Below, piece after piece: positions 25,671 through 37,469 of a stretch of 64,000 nucleotides of DNA. Origin of the DNA: Octopus sinensis (Eukaryota); assembly GCF_006345805.1 (NCBI RefSeq), contig NC_043006.1, positions 73,346,001-73,410,000 on the forward strand. The letters run 5' to 3'. How positions within the stretch are numbered: the first letter of the stretch is position 1; each line of letters opens with the position of its first letter. The notes beneath the pieces are model-generated. The model had not been told where the DNA came from. It ran no database searches and worked only from the letters and a program-made list of their open reading frames with translations. A program made the translations under genes and the position numbers.

Positions 25671-27644
25671 TAAATGAGGGTGAAAAATCGATATAATTTA
25701 ATAATACCGTCAATTAACACCAAGTGCTTAGCACAAAAATAAAAATACGGGAAAATACAAATTTATACATAAATTATTAGAGAGTTATCCACTATGTGGA
25801 TAACTCTAGTGCTAAAAATAGCTCCGAAGCAACCACAGAAGATCCGTTTCCAACTAGAATCAACACACATTTAACTGAAGGAAAGTGAAATACAACGAAT
25901 AAAAAGATTGACTCTATACAATTGTTTCATTACTAATGCAATATGTAGTTTTACTTACACTTGCATCCATAAATCTTCGGTAGAGTTTGTCAGAAATGCA
26001 ATTAATTAGATCGATTCGGGCGTCAAAAACACGAGCGGTCCAACCAATTTTAATTTTTAGTTATGTCTCAAATTCCGCGCCAAAAGCATGCCTAGGACTC
26101 CATTGGAAACGTATGCCGCCATCAAATAAAATATTAACTGCCGCATGGTTAATTTATAAAATTATAAATGAGGGTGAAAAATCGATATTAATTTAATAAT
26201 ACCGTCAATTTAACACCAAGTGGCTTAGCACAAAAATAAAATACGGAGAAAATACAAATTTATACATAAATTATTAGAGAGTATCCACTATGTGGATAAC
26301 TCTAGTGCTAAAAATAGCTCCGAAGCAACCACAGAAGATCCGTTTCCAACTAGAATCAACACACATTTAACTGAAGGAAGTGAAATACAACGAATAAAAT
26401 AGATTGACTCTATACAATGTTTCATTACTAATGCAATAGTAGTTTTACTTACACTTGCCATCCATAAATCTTCGGTAGAGTTGTCAGAAATGCAATTAAT
26501 TAGATCGATTCGGGCGGTCAAAAACACGAGCGGTCCAACCAATTACATTTTTAGTTATGTCTCAAATTCGCGCCAAAAGCATGCCTAGACTCCATTGGAA
26601 ACGTAGCCGCATCAAATAAAATATTAACTGCGCATGGTTAAATTATAAAATTATAAATGAGGGTGAAAAATCGATATTAATTAATAATACCGTCAATTTA
26701 CACCAAGTGGCTTAGCACAAAAATAAAATACGGAGAAAATACAATTTATACATAAATTATAGAGAGTTATCCACTATGTGGATAACTCTAGTGCTAAAAA
26801 TAGCTCCGAAGCAACACAGAAAGATCCGTTTCCAACTAGAATCAAACCACATTTAACTGAAGGAAAGTGAAATACAACGAATAAAATAGATTGACTCTAT
26901 ACAATTGTTTCATTACTAATGCAATATGTAGTTTTACTTACACTTGCATCCATAAATCTTCGGTAGAGTTTGTCAGAAATGCAATTAATTAGATCGATTC
27001 GGGCGTCAAAAACACGAGCGGTCCAACCAATTACATTTTTAGTTATGTCTCAAATTCCGCGCCAAAAGCATGCCTAGACTCCATTGGAAACGTATGCCGC
27101 ATCAAATAAAATATTAACTGCCGCATGGTTAAATTTATAAAATTATAAATGAGGGTGAAAAATCGATATTAATTTAATAATACCGTCAATTTAACACCAA
27201 GTGGCTTAGCACAAAAATAAAATACGGAGAAAATACAAATTTATACATAAATTATTAGAGAGTTATCCACTATGTGGATAACTCTAGTGCTAAAAATAGC
27301 TCCGAAGCAACCACAGAAGATCCGTTTCCAACTAGAATCAACACACATTTAACTGAAGGAAAGTGAAATACAACGAATAAAATAGATTGACTCTATACAA
27401 TTGTTTCATTACTAATGCAATATGTAGTTTTACTTACACTTGCATCCATAAATCTTCGGTAGAGTTTGTCAGAAATGCAATTAATTAGATCGATTCGGGC
27501 GTCAAAAACAATTGTATAGAGTTAATCTATTTTATTCGTTGCATTTCACTTTCCTTCAGTTAAATGTGTGTTGATTCTAGTTGGAAACGGATCTTCTGTG
27601 GTTGCTTCGGAGCTATTTTTAGCACTAGAGTTATCCACATAGTG
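25664..27644 (-). repeat. Tandem array, ~490-bp unit x ~3.8, plus ~140-bp inverted terminal fragment (27506-27644), flanked by (TA)n
   Basis: taaatgagggtg at 25671, 26165, 26654 and 27146; 27506-27644 is the reverse complement of part of the unit. Confidence 0.9.
25912..25985 (-). ncRNA. Type I hammerhead with U4C core, array 2 copy 1 (also 26408-26480, 26895-26968, 27391-27464)
   Basis: Minus strand: ctcta CCGAAGA [long stem II including atgcaa/ttgcat] GAAA c-aatt-g TA tagag; perfect 5-bp stem I, palindromic ACAATTGT, GUA triplet. Confidence 0.68.
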
Positions 27645-27729
27645 TATATGTATATATATATTTATGTTATTTATGTATATATATATATATATAATATATA
27701 TTATATATATATATTATACATATATATAT

Positions 27730-27760
<31 letters not shown>

Positions 27761-27813
27761 TAATATATATATATACATTATACATATATATATTATATAT
27801 ATACATATAATAT

Positions 27814-27862
<49 letters not shown>

Positions 27863-28094
27863 CATATATACATATATATATATATACATATATATATACA
27901 TATATACATATATATACATATATATATGTTCATATATGTTATATATATGTATATGTATAATATGCATTATATATATGTATATATATGCATATATATATGT
28001 ATATGTACATGCATGTATATATATGTACGTATATATATATGTATATATAAGTATTATATATTATATATATATTATATTATATATATATAAGTAT

Positions 28095-28149
<55 letters not shown>

Positions 28150-28168
28150 GTATACATACATATATACA
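27645..28168. repeat. Long degenerate (TA)n tract
   Basis: Direct reading. Confidence 0.95.
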
Positions 28169-28261
28169 CGCTGGAATTAACTCTCAAAGTACATATACAG
28201 TTATAAATGACAGGATGTAAATATTGGGCTGAAAACCCCTTTTGGATAGAAATGGTGAAAG

Positions 28262-28330
28262 TCTGACAGCAGGACTCGAACCCACATCTTCTGTAGACAT
28301 GACAGGCGTTCTGGCACTATACCAAAGCAA
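28262..28330 (-). pseudogene. Degenerate tRNA-like sequence (tRNA pseudogene or SINE head)
   Basis: Minus strand has A-box-like tggtatagtg and B box ggttcgagtcc; acceptor stem does not pair well. Confidence 0.45.
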
Positions 28331-28479
28331 TTTTTCGAATTCTATTCTCCGTTTTGAAAATTGATGTTAGTGTTATAAGAATTTATAACTTCGTTATGAT
28401 GTCAACATCTATTTATCAAATTTTAATAAATCTAGGTATGCTGGGATATGCAAGTCTCCTAACTTATTTGGGATTATTT

Positions 28480-29060
28480 GTTCCTTTAACAACAGAAATC
28501 TAAATCTTTACTACAAGAATTTTACCTCCTCTACAACTTATAGTAACCCCAATTATTCAAATAGCTCTGTATATTCCACTAACGATTCCCATACTCATAC
28601 AAACTCTTCCTCTATCAACACACATACACATAACAATAGTACGTCTAATATTAGTAACAATTGTAACTGTAGAATCCCTAGCACCTGTGAGGTTAAAGGT
28701 AATTGTAAAATGAAAGATGTTGTATATAAAGCTACTATTACAACACATGATCTTTCTAGGTTTCATTATACAGGGTGCACGTAAACCCTCTTTAAATTAC
28801 GTTTGAATAATCATAAATCATCTTTTAATGATCCTCGGAAAGAAAGTAGTACTAGTTTATCCAAAAAAGGTATGGCAACTTAAAAGAGACAACATCAATT
28901 TCTCAATTTCTTATATTGTTTCTTTTGCTCCCTTTTATAGGATTAGAAATAGAACGTGCTTTTTATGCTTTGAAGAGTCTTATATAATTATGAAAATGAA
29001 TGATTCTATCTTAAATTGGAGAGATGAAAGAGTTTCTCTTGTAAACATATGTCCAAATTT
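28480..29060 (+). pseudogene. Penelope-like retroelement GIY-YIG endonuclease relic
   Basis: CNCRIPSTCEVKGNCKMKDVVYKATI...HYTGCT*TLFKLRLNNHKSSF...STSLSK[fs]VWQLK...RTCFLCFEE...ILNWRDE...CP: VVY/YTG, R..H and flanking Cys motifs typical of PLE endonucleases; stop at 28782, frameshift at ~28865. Confidence 0.85.
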
Positions 29061-29880
29061 CTTTTCATTAACCTTAAATAGTCTTATTGATTACCTCTTT
29101 TTCATTTTCTTATTAGTTCTTATTACACTCTTAGGTTATGTGTATGTACATATTCTCTGCGTGTGCATGTATGTGTGTATGTATGTATGTATGTATGTAT
29201 GTATGTATGTATATATGTATGTATGTATATATGTACGTATGTGTGCTTGTGTGGGCATGTTTATGTCCTTGTGCTCATGTTTTTATATGTGTGTATATAT
29301 GTATGTATATATGTGTATGTGTATATATATACATATGTATATATATATATGTGCGTGTATTTCTGTGTATGTATGTATATGTATGCTTATGTATGCACAC
29401 ACACACACACACACACCACATATATATATATACGGGTGTGTATATATTGCTGCCTCGGCCAGGGTTAAGATACAGGACTCTTGACATGTTCAACAAAGCG
29501 TGACGCCTAAACCAATCAGCTTAAGTAATTGAGTGATGCTACACACTGATTGGTCAGAATACAGTTTGCAAAACCTAGCAATCTGGAGCCTCAACAGGTG
29601 TATTTAAGGCACAGATGTAACCATCTCGCTACAGTCAAAAATTGTGAAGCATGACTGTCACCACTACTACAAGAACCTGAAGATTGCATAATTTAATGCA
29701 TGAAAGTACTAGTTCAATCAAAATGAACATTTAACATTCTATTATTTTATTTTATTTTATTATATTATATTATCTTATATTATATCATTATAAGATTGTA
29801 AATAAAACGTGAAAATCAGACAAGGTTGGAATTCCTTTTATTAATATATATATATATATATAATATATATATATATATAT

Positions 29881-30160
29881 AAATAATGAGGGAGATAAAT
29901 TAATATTAATTTAAAACCAGTAGCCTAGCATACAAAAATCTGAAAAATCAGAGAAAATTCTAATACATGTGTATATTCAAAGGGCAAGACCGCTAGCTAG
30001 TCGGCCGTATGCTAGAAATAGATCACCAACGATCAAACTACAAAGAATGTTCTCGAGAGGAAAATTCAGCGAACACCAGAACAATTAGGCGGGCAAGACA
30101 TGAAAATTATATAAAAAAACAGAATTAATCACACACCGGCGGTTTCAACTATTAACAAAA
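29881..30160 (-). mobile_element. Penelope-like terminal-repeat 3' fragment abutting (TA)n
   Basis: Sense end tttttgtatgctaggctactgg...ttaaattaatatt...ccctcatt resembles the array 2 unit end (tttttgtgctaagccacttgg...ttaaattaatatcg...ccctcatt). Confidence 0.6.
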
Positions 30161-30698
30161 GAATTACTTACATAATCCAAATGTCCGTAGTTTCGTCAGT
30201 GCGATCGTTCCGACAAATGTAATTTGAAAAACTAACCCCAGCTTTCTGTGCCAAAACAGACACGTGTTTAGTTTTACCGATTACATAAGGATACACAGCC
30301 ATACACATATACATACATACACAACACACGCATATACACACACACAAAAGAATCTGCTTACACTTACACATACATATTTGCTTGTAAATATCTCATTTTC
30401 CCTATTGCACCTTTTGTATTCTCCTTTATTGTATCCTATTTTAATTTACTCTATTTTATTAAACCTCTTTTGATGTCCTTCCAAAAAGTTTTCACACTGA
30501 TGAGAATGACAATGCATACATTTAATTATAATTACTATGATTATAATTTTTTTTCTTACATATTTGTATTGTCCTTTGAAACACGCGTATGTATTGGATC
30601 CTATTTTCTCCTTCATTTTTCCTATAATTGTTAATGGTATATTTATACCTATAACGATATTTTTCAACTACTGCTTTCATATTCTTATTACTTGCTCT

Positions 30699-31087
30699 GG
30701 AGGCGCAATGGCCCAGTGGTTAGGGCAGCGGACTCGCGGTCATAGGATCGCGGTTTCGATTCCCAGACCGGGCGTTGTGAGTGTTTATTGAGCGAAAACA
30801 CCTAAAAAGCTCCACGAGACTCCGGCAGGGGATGGTGGTGATCCCTGCTGTACTCTTTCACCACAACTTTCTCTCACTCTTACTTCCTGTTTCTGTTGTA
30901 CCTGTATTTCACGGGGCCGGCCTTGTCACTCTCTGTGTCACGCTGAATATCCCCGAGAACTACGTTAAGGGTGCACGTGTCTGTGGAGTGCTCAGCCACT
31001 TACACGTTAATTCCACGAGCAGGCTGTTCCGTTGATTCGGATCAACCGGAACCCTCATCGTCGTAACCGACGGAGTGCTTCCATCCA
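30699..31087 (+). mobile_element. tRNA-derived CORE-type SINE (OR1/OR2-like), full length with TSD
   Basis: A box tggcccagtggtt, B box ggtttcgattcc, (TCCA) tail, TSD tattacttgctct at 30686-30698 and 31088-31100; 5'-truncated copy at 45608-45920. Confidence 0.85.
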
Positions 31088-31180
31088 TATTACTTGCTCT
31101 GGTTGTTTTTTATGTATATGATGGATCTTTTTGGACCTCTCAAGAAGTTTGAATTGTTCTTTTCTGAACTTATCCCCCCT

Positions 31181-31224
<44 letters not shown>

Positions 31225-32024
31225 AGGAATAGAACAAATGGAGTGGAATATTTAAAGAGGATTATAACCAGAAATAGAATTATTACTTAAGATAAAAATG
31301 TTGTTGGTTGTCTCATTTGCCTTTGATATCCAAATATAGAAAAAGAAAACAAACAAACAAACAAAAAAGAACAAAAGCCATATTACACCAACCGCTTCTT
31401 CATATTTATTCTCAATAGACGCTTTGAAATGTTTTCTTAATACTCGTTTTCATAACTTATTTATGTGTATTTCCAATAAATCTTATGAAATTTATACGAT
31501 TTTCATGAAAATTTAAGTTCTATTATGTTTTTTTCAACCTTTTCTTGACATTTCGTTGTAGTTTCGTAGGCGTGTTAGCATCTTAATGGTATTGTTTCTA
31601 TATCTATATTAATATCGAAAATAAAAAGGAAAATATTTAGAACAGAAAAAAAAAACACACACACTCACAGATAAAGAAAATTAGAAAGCTAAAACACAAC
31701 TGGAAAACAAAAATCAACCTCATTTTGCTGATTCTGGCAACTGATTATCGAAAAAATATTTTCATATTTGAAATTCAGCTAATTTTAATTTTTGAATAAT
31801 GTGGAAGCTCAAAAGTGAAGCGTCTTTTTTAGACGTAACAAATGAAACGAATTTAATCATTGTTACTGTATAATGAAATTAATAGTGAACACGATGAATA
31901 AGAACCTTGTTCATCTTTACAGCCAGACATTTATATGCTGTCACTCAGCTTGTTAGAGATAGCAGTTAAAATCTTCCTGGATGCTTTTGCTGAGGGCACA
32001 ACATTTCTATGTATTGAGTGACCT

Positions 32025-33105
32025 CAGGACTGATCTACATAAGGTTCTCGGACTAGTTATGTTTAATAAAATATAACTTATTTACCTTAAGTTTTTTCAT
32101 CATCTCCTTCAAAATAGTCACCCTGCGCAATACATCGGTCCCAGCATTCCTGTCACTTTTGTAATCCGACCTCGAAGTCGTTTTCTGTAAGCGAGTCGAG
32201 GACCTGCTTTTCGCTATGGCTTTCGGTAACGGTGTTAAGAGCTGCATTTTCATCTTGGGGAAGAAATGGAAGTTCGCAGGGGCTAAACCTGGCGAATAAG
32301 GCGAGTGTGGAAGCAATACTATGTTGCTTTTGGCGAGAAACTCACGAGTAAAGAGAGCTCGGTGACGAATCCAATTCTTCGCACTCCGCAGATCCGGTCG
32401 CTTTCGCCGAATGACCTCCCTTAAAAACTTCAAAACGTCACAGTAGAACTCTCTATTGACAGCCTGGCCATGAGGGACGAATCTTCGATGTACATTTCTG
32501 AAGGCAACGCCCATAGTAGGTTTTCCAGATGGCTCATTGTCCTCCAGGGACGTTCTTCCACCTTTGAAGTACCCATGCCGCTCGAAACATTGTGTATGAC
32601 CCATTGCCTCATCGTCGTAGCAGACTTTTCAAGTTTAACGCTAAATTTCACTTTGGCTCTTTGTTTTTTTTATTTCTTTATAGTCCACAAGGGGCTAAAC
32701 ACAGAGGGGACAAACAAGGGCAGACAAAGGGATTATGTCGATTACATCGACCCCAGTGCGTAACTGGTACTTAATTTATCGACCACGAAAGGATGAAAGG
32801 CAAAGTCGACCTCGGCGGAATTTGAACCCAGAACGTAGCGGCAGACGAATTACCGTTAAGTATTTTGCCCGGCCTGCTAACGTTTCTGCCAGCTCGCCGC
32901 CTTTGGCTCTTTGTTTTTGTTTATGACAAAATCGCAGACTACAGCATTCACGTGATCACAAAAAACACAATTTCCCAACGAAGCGATTCCACTCAGCACA
33001 CTGATTCATGAAGGTCACTGCTAGCTCTCACTACGCGCAACCATGTGCTGCCGTCCTTTGGCGCGTTACAAAACTTAGTCCGGGAACGTTTTGATGCCAC
33101 CTCGT
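32025..33105 (-). mobile_element. Decayed mariner transposon interrupted by a SINE
   Basis: ORF 32053-32604: FYCDVLK.LRE.IRRKRP, LLPHSPYSPGLAPANFHFFPKMK; right TIR tacgaggtggcatcaaaacgttcccggact, left TIR degenerate. Confidence 0.85.
32672..32900 (-). mobile_element. SINE family B monomer inside the mariner, 18-bp TSD
   Basis: ctttggctctttgttttt on both sides (~32651 and ~32902). Confidence 0.9.
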
Positions 33106-33774
33106 AGAAGACAAGCTTTCACAGTTTACGCCTACCAAATTTATTCACACGGCATATAGTAGAAGATAACTGCCCAAGATATCATGCAAAGAGATTGAAT
33201 CCGAATACCCTAGAACATTTACATACTATAGTTTATGATATGTTCAACGCCTTCTGAATAAACGACAACGCTGAAAGTTATAACATCAATGCATTCAAAA
33301 ACGCATAAATGGGCTGATTTTCTTTCTAGAAAGTAAACTAGATCAGTTTTGCCTCATTTACTTCTACAGCTATAAGGCCTAGTACCACAAAAGAGATTAT
33401 TAGACAAGCCCAGAGATAAAATTGTGAATTTATGGGTCCTGGGTCGATTTTAGAACGAACATATAATTTGTTTTATTTCCTTCATTGCTAAAAATAAACC
33501 TTCATTAGATCAATTACACTAACGATGAAATGCTTAACTTTAAAATCTTTGGACAGAATTTTAATTATAAGATTAACTTTTAAGGATTTTATTATTTGAA
33601 CAACACGGCTTTATGCTGCGTTTTGCACTCTGGGGTTATTTAATTCCGTTTACGTGAAGTTTAATTTCCAAGATAGAATCCATTCTAAGTTGATTTCCCA
33701 ATGATTTTACGGCATTTACAAAGAGAGTTTTGTTATTTCTCTCTCTCCCACTGTGTGTGTATGTGTGTGTGTTG

Positions 33775-34599
33775 TGTGTGTGGCTAGCTGTGTGGTAAGA
33801 AGCTTGCTTCCCAGTCACATTGTTTCCGGTTCAGTCCCACTGCATGGCACCTTGAGCAAGTGTCTTCTACTATAGCTCGGGACGACCAAAGCCTTGTGAG
33901 TGGATTTGGTAGTCGGAAACTGGGAAGAAGCTCGTCGTATATATATATATATATTAATATATATATATATTATATATATATATATATATAAGGGTGAAAA
34001 GGAACCCACGAGTTGATATATATGAAAAAACAAGTCAAAATAGAAAATGCTAAATAATTTCAGCCAACACATAGATACTTGCACCAACAACAAAACACCA
34101 GGCTTCCCTTTGTTGTTGGCGCAAGTATCTATGTGTTGGCTGAAATTATTTTAGCATTTTCTATTTTGATTGTTTTTTCATATATATATATTATATATAT
34201 ATATATTAAGATAAAACTTACGTAGAAGTGGATGTGTGCGTTCTATCATATAATAACAAAATAAATAAAACATATGCATATATACATACATATATGTACG
34301 TACCTACATCTATATGTATATATACATGCATATATGGGTACAGGACACCAAAAAATGAGAAACGAAAACATAAACACAAAACCAAAGAAATGGACATTTT
34401 TCTTAAACAACGAAAAAAAGAGTACAAGACATACAACACAAGGAACGTTCCCCTTCTTCAGCTGCATCTGTTTCATCTACTCCGCGTTTGGTCTTGTGTT
34501 TGTTTTCGTTTCTCATTGTGTCCAACGGTTTTTTTGTTGTCCTGTACCCATACGTACATATATGTATGTATGTATGCATATGTTTTATTTATTATTTTG

Positions 34600-34643
<44 letters not shown>

Positions 34644-34848
34644 CTGTGTGTGTGTGTCTGTGTGTTTGTCCCTCCACCATCGCTTGACAACTGATGTTGT
34701 GTTGTGTTTATATACCTGTAACTTAGAGACCCATAGGATAAGTATTAGGCTTACAAAGAATAAGTCCTGGGGTCGATTTGTTCGACTAAAGGCGGTGCTC
34801 CTGCATGGCTGCAGTCAAATGACTGAAACAAGTAAAAGAATAAAAGAA
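33775..34848 (+). mobile_element. SINE family A split at its internal microsatellite by foldback inserts
   Basis: Head half ~33775-33940 and tail half ~34650-34848, with palindromes 34023-34180 and 34336-34549 between them. Confidence 0.75.
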
Positions 34849-34965
34849 TAATTATATATATATATATATATAATTCGACTAGGGATTGTGTTAACTTCAT
34901 GAAGGGATAGCTTTATCCAAGGTAATGCTGGTTCAATACCTAGTATTTTGGGGGAATTAATTTCT

Positions 34966-34996
<31 letters not shown>

Positions 34997-35206
34997 GTAT
35001 AAACATATAGTTTATATTCATATAAAAAAGAAAAAGAAAATGGGGCTTGGGAAGTTAACAATAGTTTATTATTAACAGCAAATTAATCATCATCCCTTAC
35101 AACTGTTTCAATTGATACTCTTGGATGTTTTATACGCCTCTATGGATTCAGTCTGCTGTAGTGAATCCATAAACACATAAAACATCCAAGGGCATATTTT
35201 TTTTTA

Positions 35207-35288
35207 CCTCTGAAGATATTATGCTCAGGTCATATAAATATAATATTTACTTAATATTTACTGAGTATTAATTGAAACAGCTGTAAGG
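35207..35288 (+). ncRNA. Type I hammerhead ribozyme motif in nested palindrome next to the gap
   Basis: cct CTGAAGA tatt atgctcag...ctgagtat..aatt GAAA cagctg TA agg; palindromic ACAGCTGT, GUA triplet. Confidence 0.68.
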
Positions 35289-35320
35289 GACGAGGATTAA
35301 TTTGCTGTTAATAATAAACA

Positions 35321-35420
35321 NNNNNNNNNNNNNNNNNNNNNNNNNNNNNNNNNNNNNNNNNNNNNNNNNNNNNNNNNNNNNNNNNNNNNNNNNNNNNNNN
35401 NNNNNNNNNNNNNNNNNNNN
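35321..35420. other. Assembly gap (100 N)
   Basis: Direct reading. Confidence 1.
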
Positions 35421-36104
35421 AATCTACTAACAAGGCTTTGGTAGGCCCGAGGCTATAGTAGAAAACACTCGCCCAAGGTGCCACACTCAGTGGGACTGAA
35501 GCTGGACCATGTGGTTCGTAAGCAAGCTACTTACCACACAGCCACTCTTACGCCTATGCAACTTCAATTTATTTTCTTATCCTTTGAAAAGTCTATAAAT
35601 GCTTCTGCTAAGATGTTGCCAGAAGATGTCTTCGACTCTTCTTTTTATCTCGACCCTTAGGACTCCTCAGGTAGGTCATCCGGTTTCAATGACATATAAG
35701 TGGCCAGTATCACAACATTCCCACTAAACGGGATGCTGGCACATTTCAGGGTTCAAAGCAACAAATTTTGAGGAAGGATTACATCAACCCCGGTACTTGA
35801 CTTTATTGATCCCGAATAGAAGTAGGTAAAGTTGATCCTGGCGGGATTTGACCCAGAAAGCAAAGAACCAGAAAAAATGCTACGAAGCATTTTTGTCCTA
35901 TGTGCTTTCGATTGAACCAGTTGGTCGCATTTTCCAACATTTTGTTTGATAGTTACTACATTGTTGAGAGTAGAAAGCAATGTATTTTCATAAAAACAAG
36001 CTGAATGGAGAGACAAAGTATATTTGAAAATGACAAAGTATTGCGATGTCGAAGGATTTCTTCTTTTTTTTTCTACTGTAGGCACAAGGCCCGAAATTTT
36101 CGGG

Positions 36105-36683
36105 GAGGGAGCCAGTCGATTACATCGACCTCAGCACGCAACTTAATTTATCGCATCCCCCCCCCCAAGGATAACAGGCAAAGTCGACCTCGGCGGAATT
36201 TAAACTCAGAACGTAAAGACAGACGAAATACCTATTTCTTTACTACCCACAAGGGGCTAAACACTGAGAGGACAAACAAGGACAGACAAACGGTTTAAGT
36301 CGATTATATCGGCCCCAGTGCGTAACTGGTACTTATTTAATCGCCCCCTAAAGGATGAAAGGCAAAGTCGACCTCGGCGGAGTTTGAACTCAGAACGTAA
36401 CGGCAGACGAAATACTGCTAAGCATTTCGCCCGGCGTGCTAACGTTTATATCTTATTTCTTTATTGCTCCCAAGGGGCTAAACATAGAGGGGACAAACAA
36501 GGACAGACAAAGCAATTAAGTCGAGTACATCGACCCCAGTGCGTAACTGGTACTTAATATGTCGACCCCGAAAGGATGAAAGGCAAAGTCGACCTCGGCG
36601 GAATTTGAACTCAGAACGTAGCGGCAGACGAAATACTGCTCAGCATTTCGCCCGGCGTGCTAACGTTTCTGCCAGCTCGCCGC
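36105..36683 (-). mobile_element. Cluster of SINE family B units
   Basis: Same body and head motifs as 19105-19518. Confidence 0.85.
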
Positions 36684-37279
36684 CATGTAGAAAGATTTAT
36701 TGCCACCAACGAGTTCTAAATTTGGCACACGTCTTATTAAAATAACTCAGTTCTGTTTCGCCTACAAAGCCAATCCCTCCAAGAAAGAAATTTCGGCATT
36801 TCCATCTCAAATAGTTCTGAGGCCATTTGATTTAATCAGAAATTAATATTATATTAAACTTATAACTTCTATTATAAGGGGAACAATTTTGAACATAATT
36901 GCTGTTGAGTTTGCTTTTTCACTTGATTTAGACTTAAAATGGCATCATGAGTTCAAAACTACCGTCAGTCTTCTTCTGTCAAGGTTTATTTTTCTACAAT
37001 TTAATCTCCTGAATAAGCACAATTGTATTGCTTGTCTGTAAGTAAGACTTTTATTATTTTATTGATAACAGTAGGAAATATTTTCGAAAGGAATTTTAGT
37101 TGTCATGCTTTTTACAATTAGTCTTACCTAATTAGATGGTGCTGAGTTCAGAAAAGCCCTCAGAAATTTTCTATCACGTCAAGAATTTTGTTACACTGAA
37201 ATTAAATGTTAAATTTTCCCCTTTAGAGACAATATTAAATTATTAATTTATATTTATATCAAATATTAAATGATTAAAT

Positions 37280-37317
<38 letters not shown>

Positions 37318-37363
37318 CTCTCTATCTCTCTATCTATCTCCTCTCTCGATATCTATATATCTA

Positions 37364-37397
<34 letters not shown>

Positions 37398-37412
37398 ATA
37401 TATATAGATATC

Positions 37413-37469
<57 letters not shown>

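Noticed and set aside
25782-25806. TTATCCACA (bacterial DnaA box) within a palindrome
   Set aside because: Eukaryotic repeat context; chance 9-mer
30699-30770. Functional tRNA genes at SINE heads
   Set aside because: tRNA-like A and B boxes run into SINE bodies with TSDs; no complete cloverleaf
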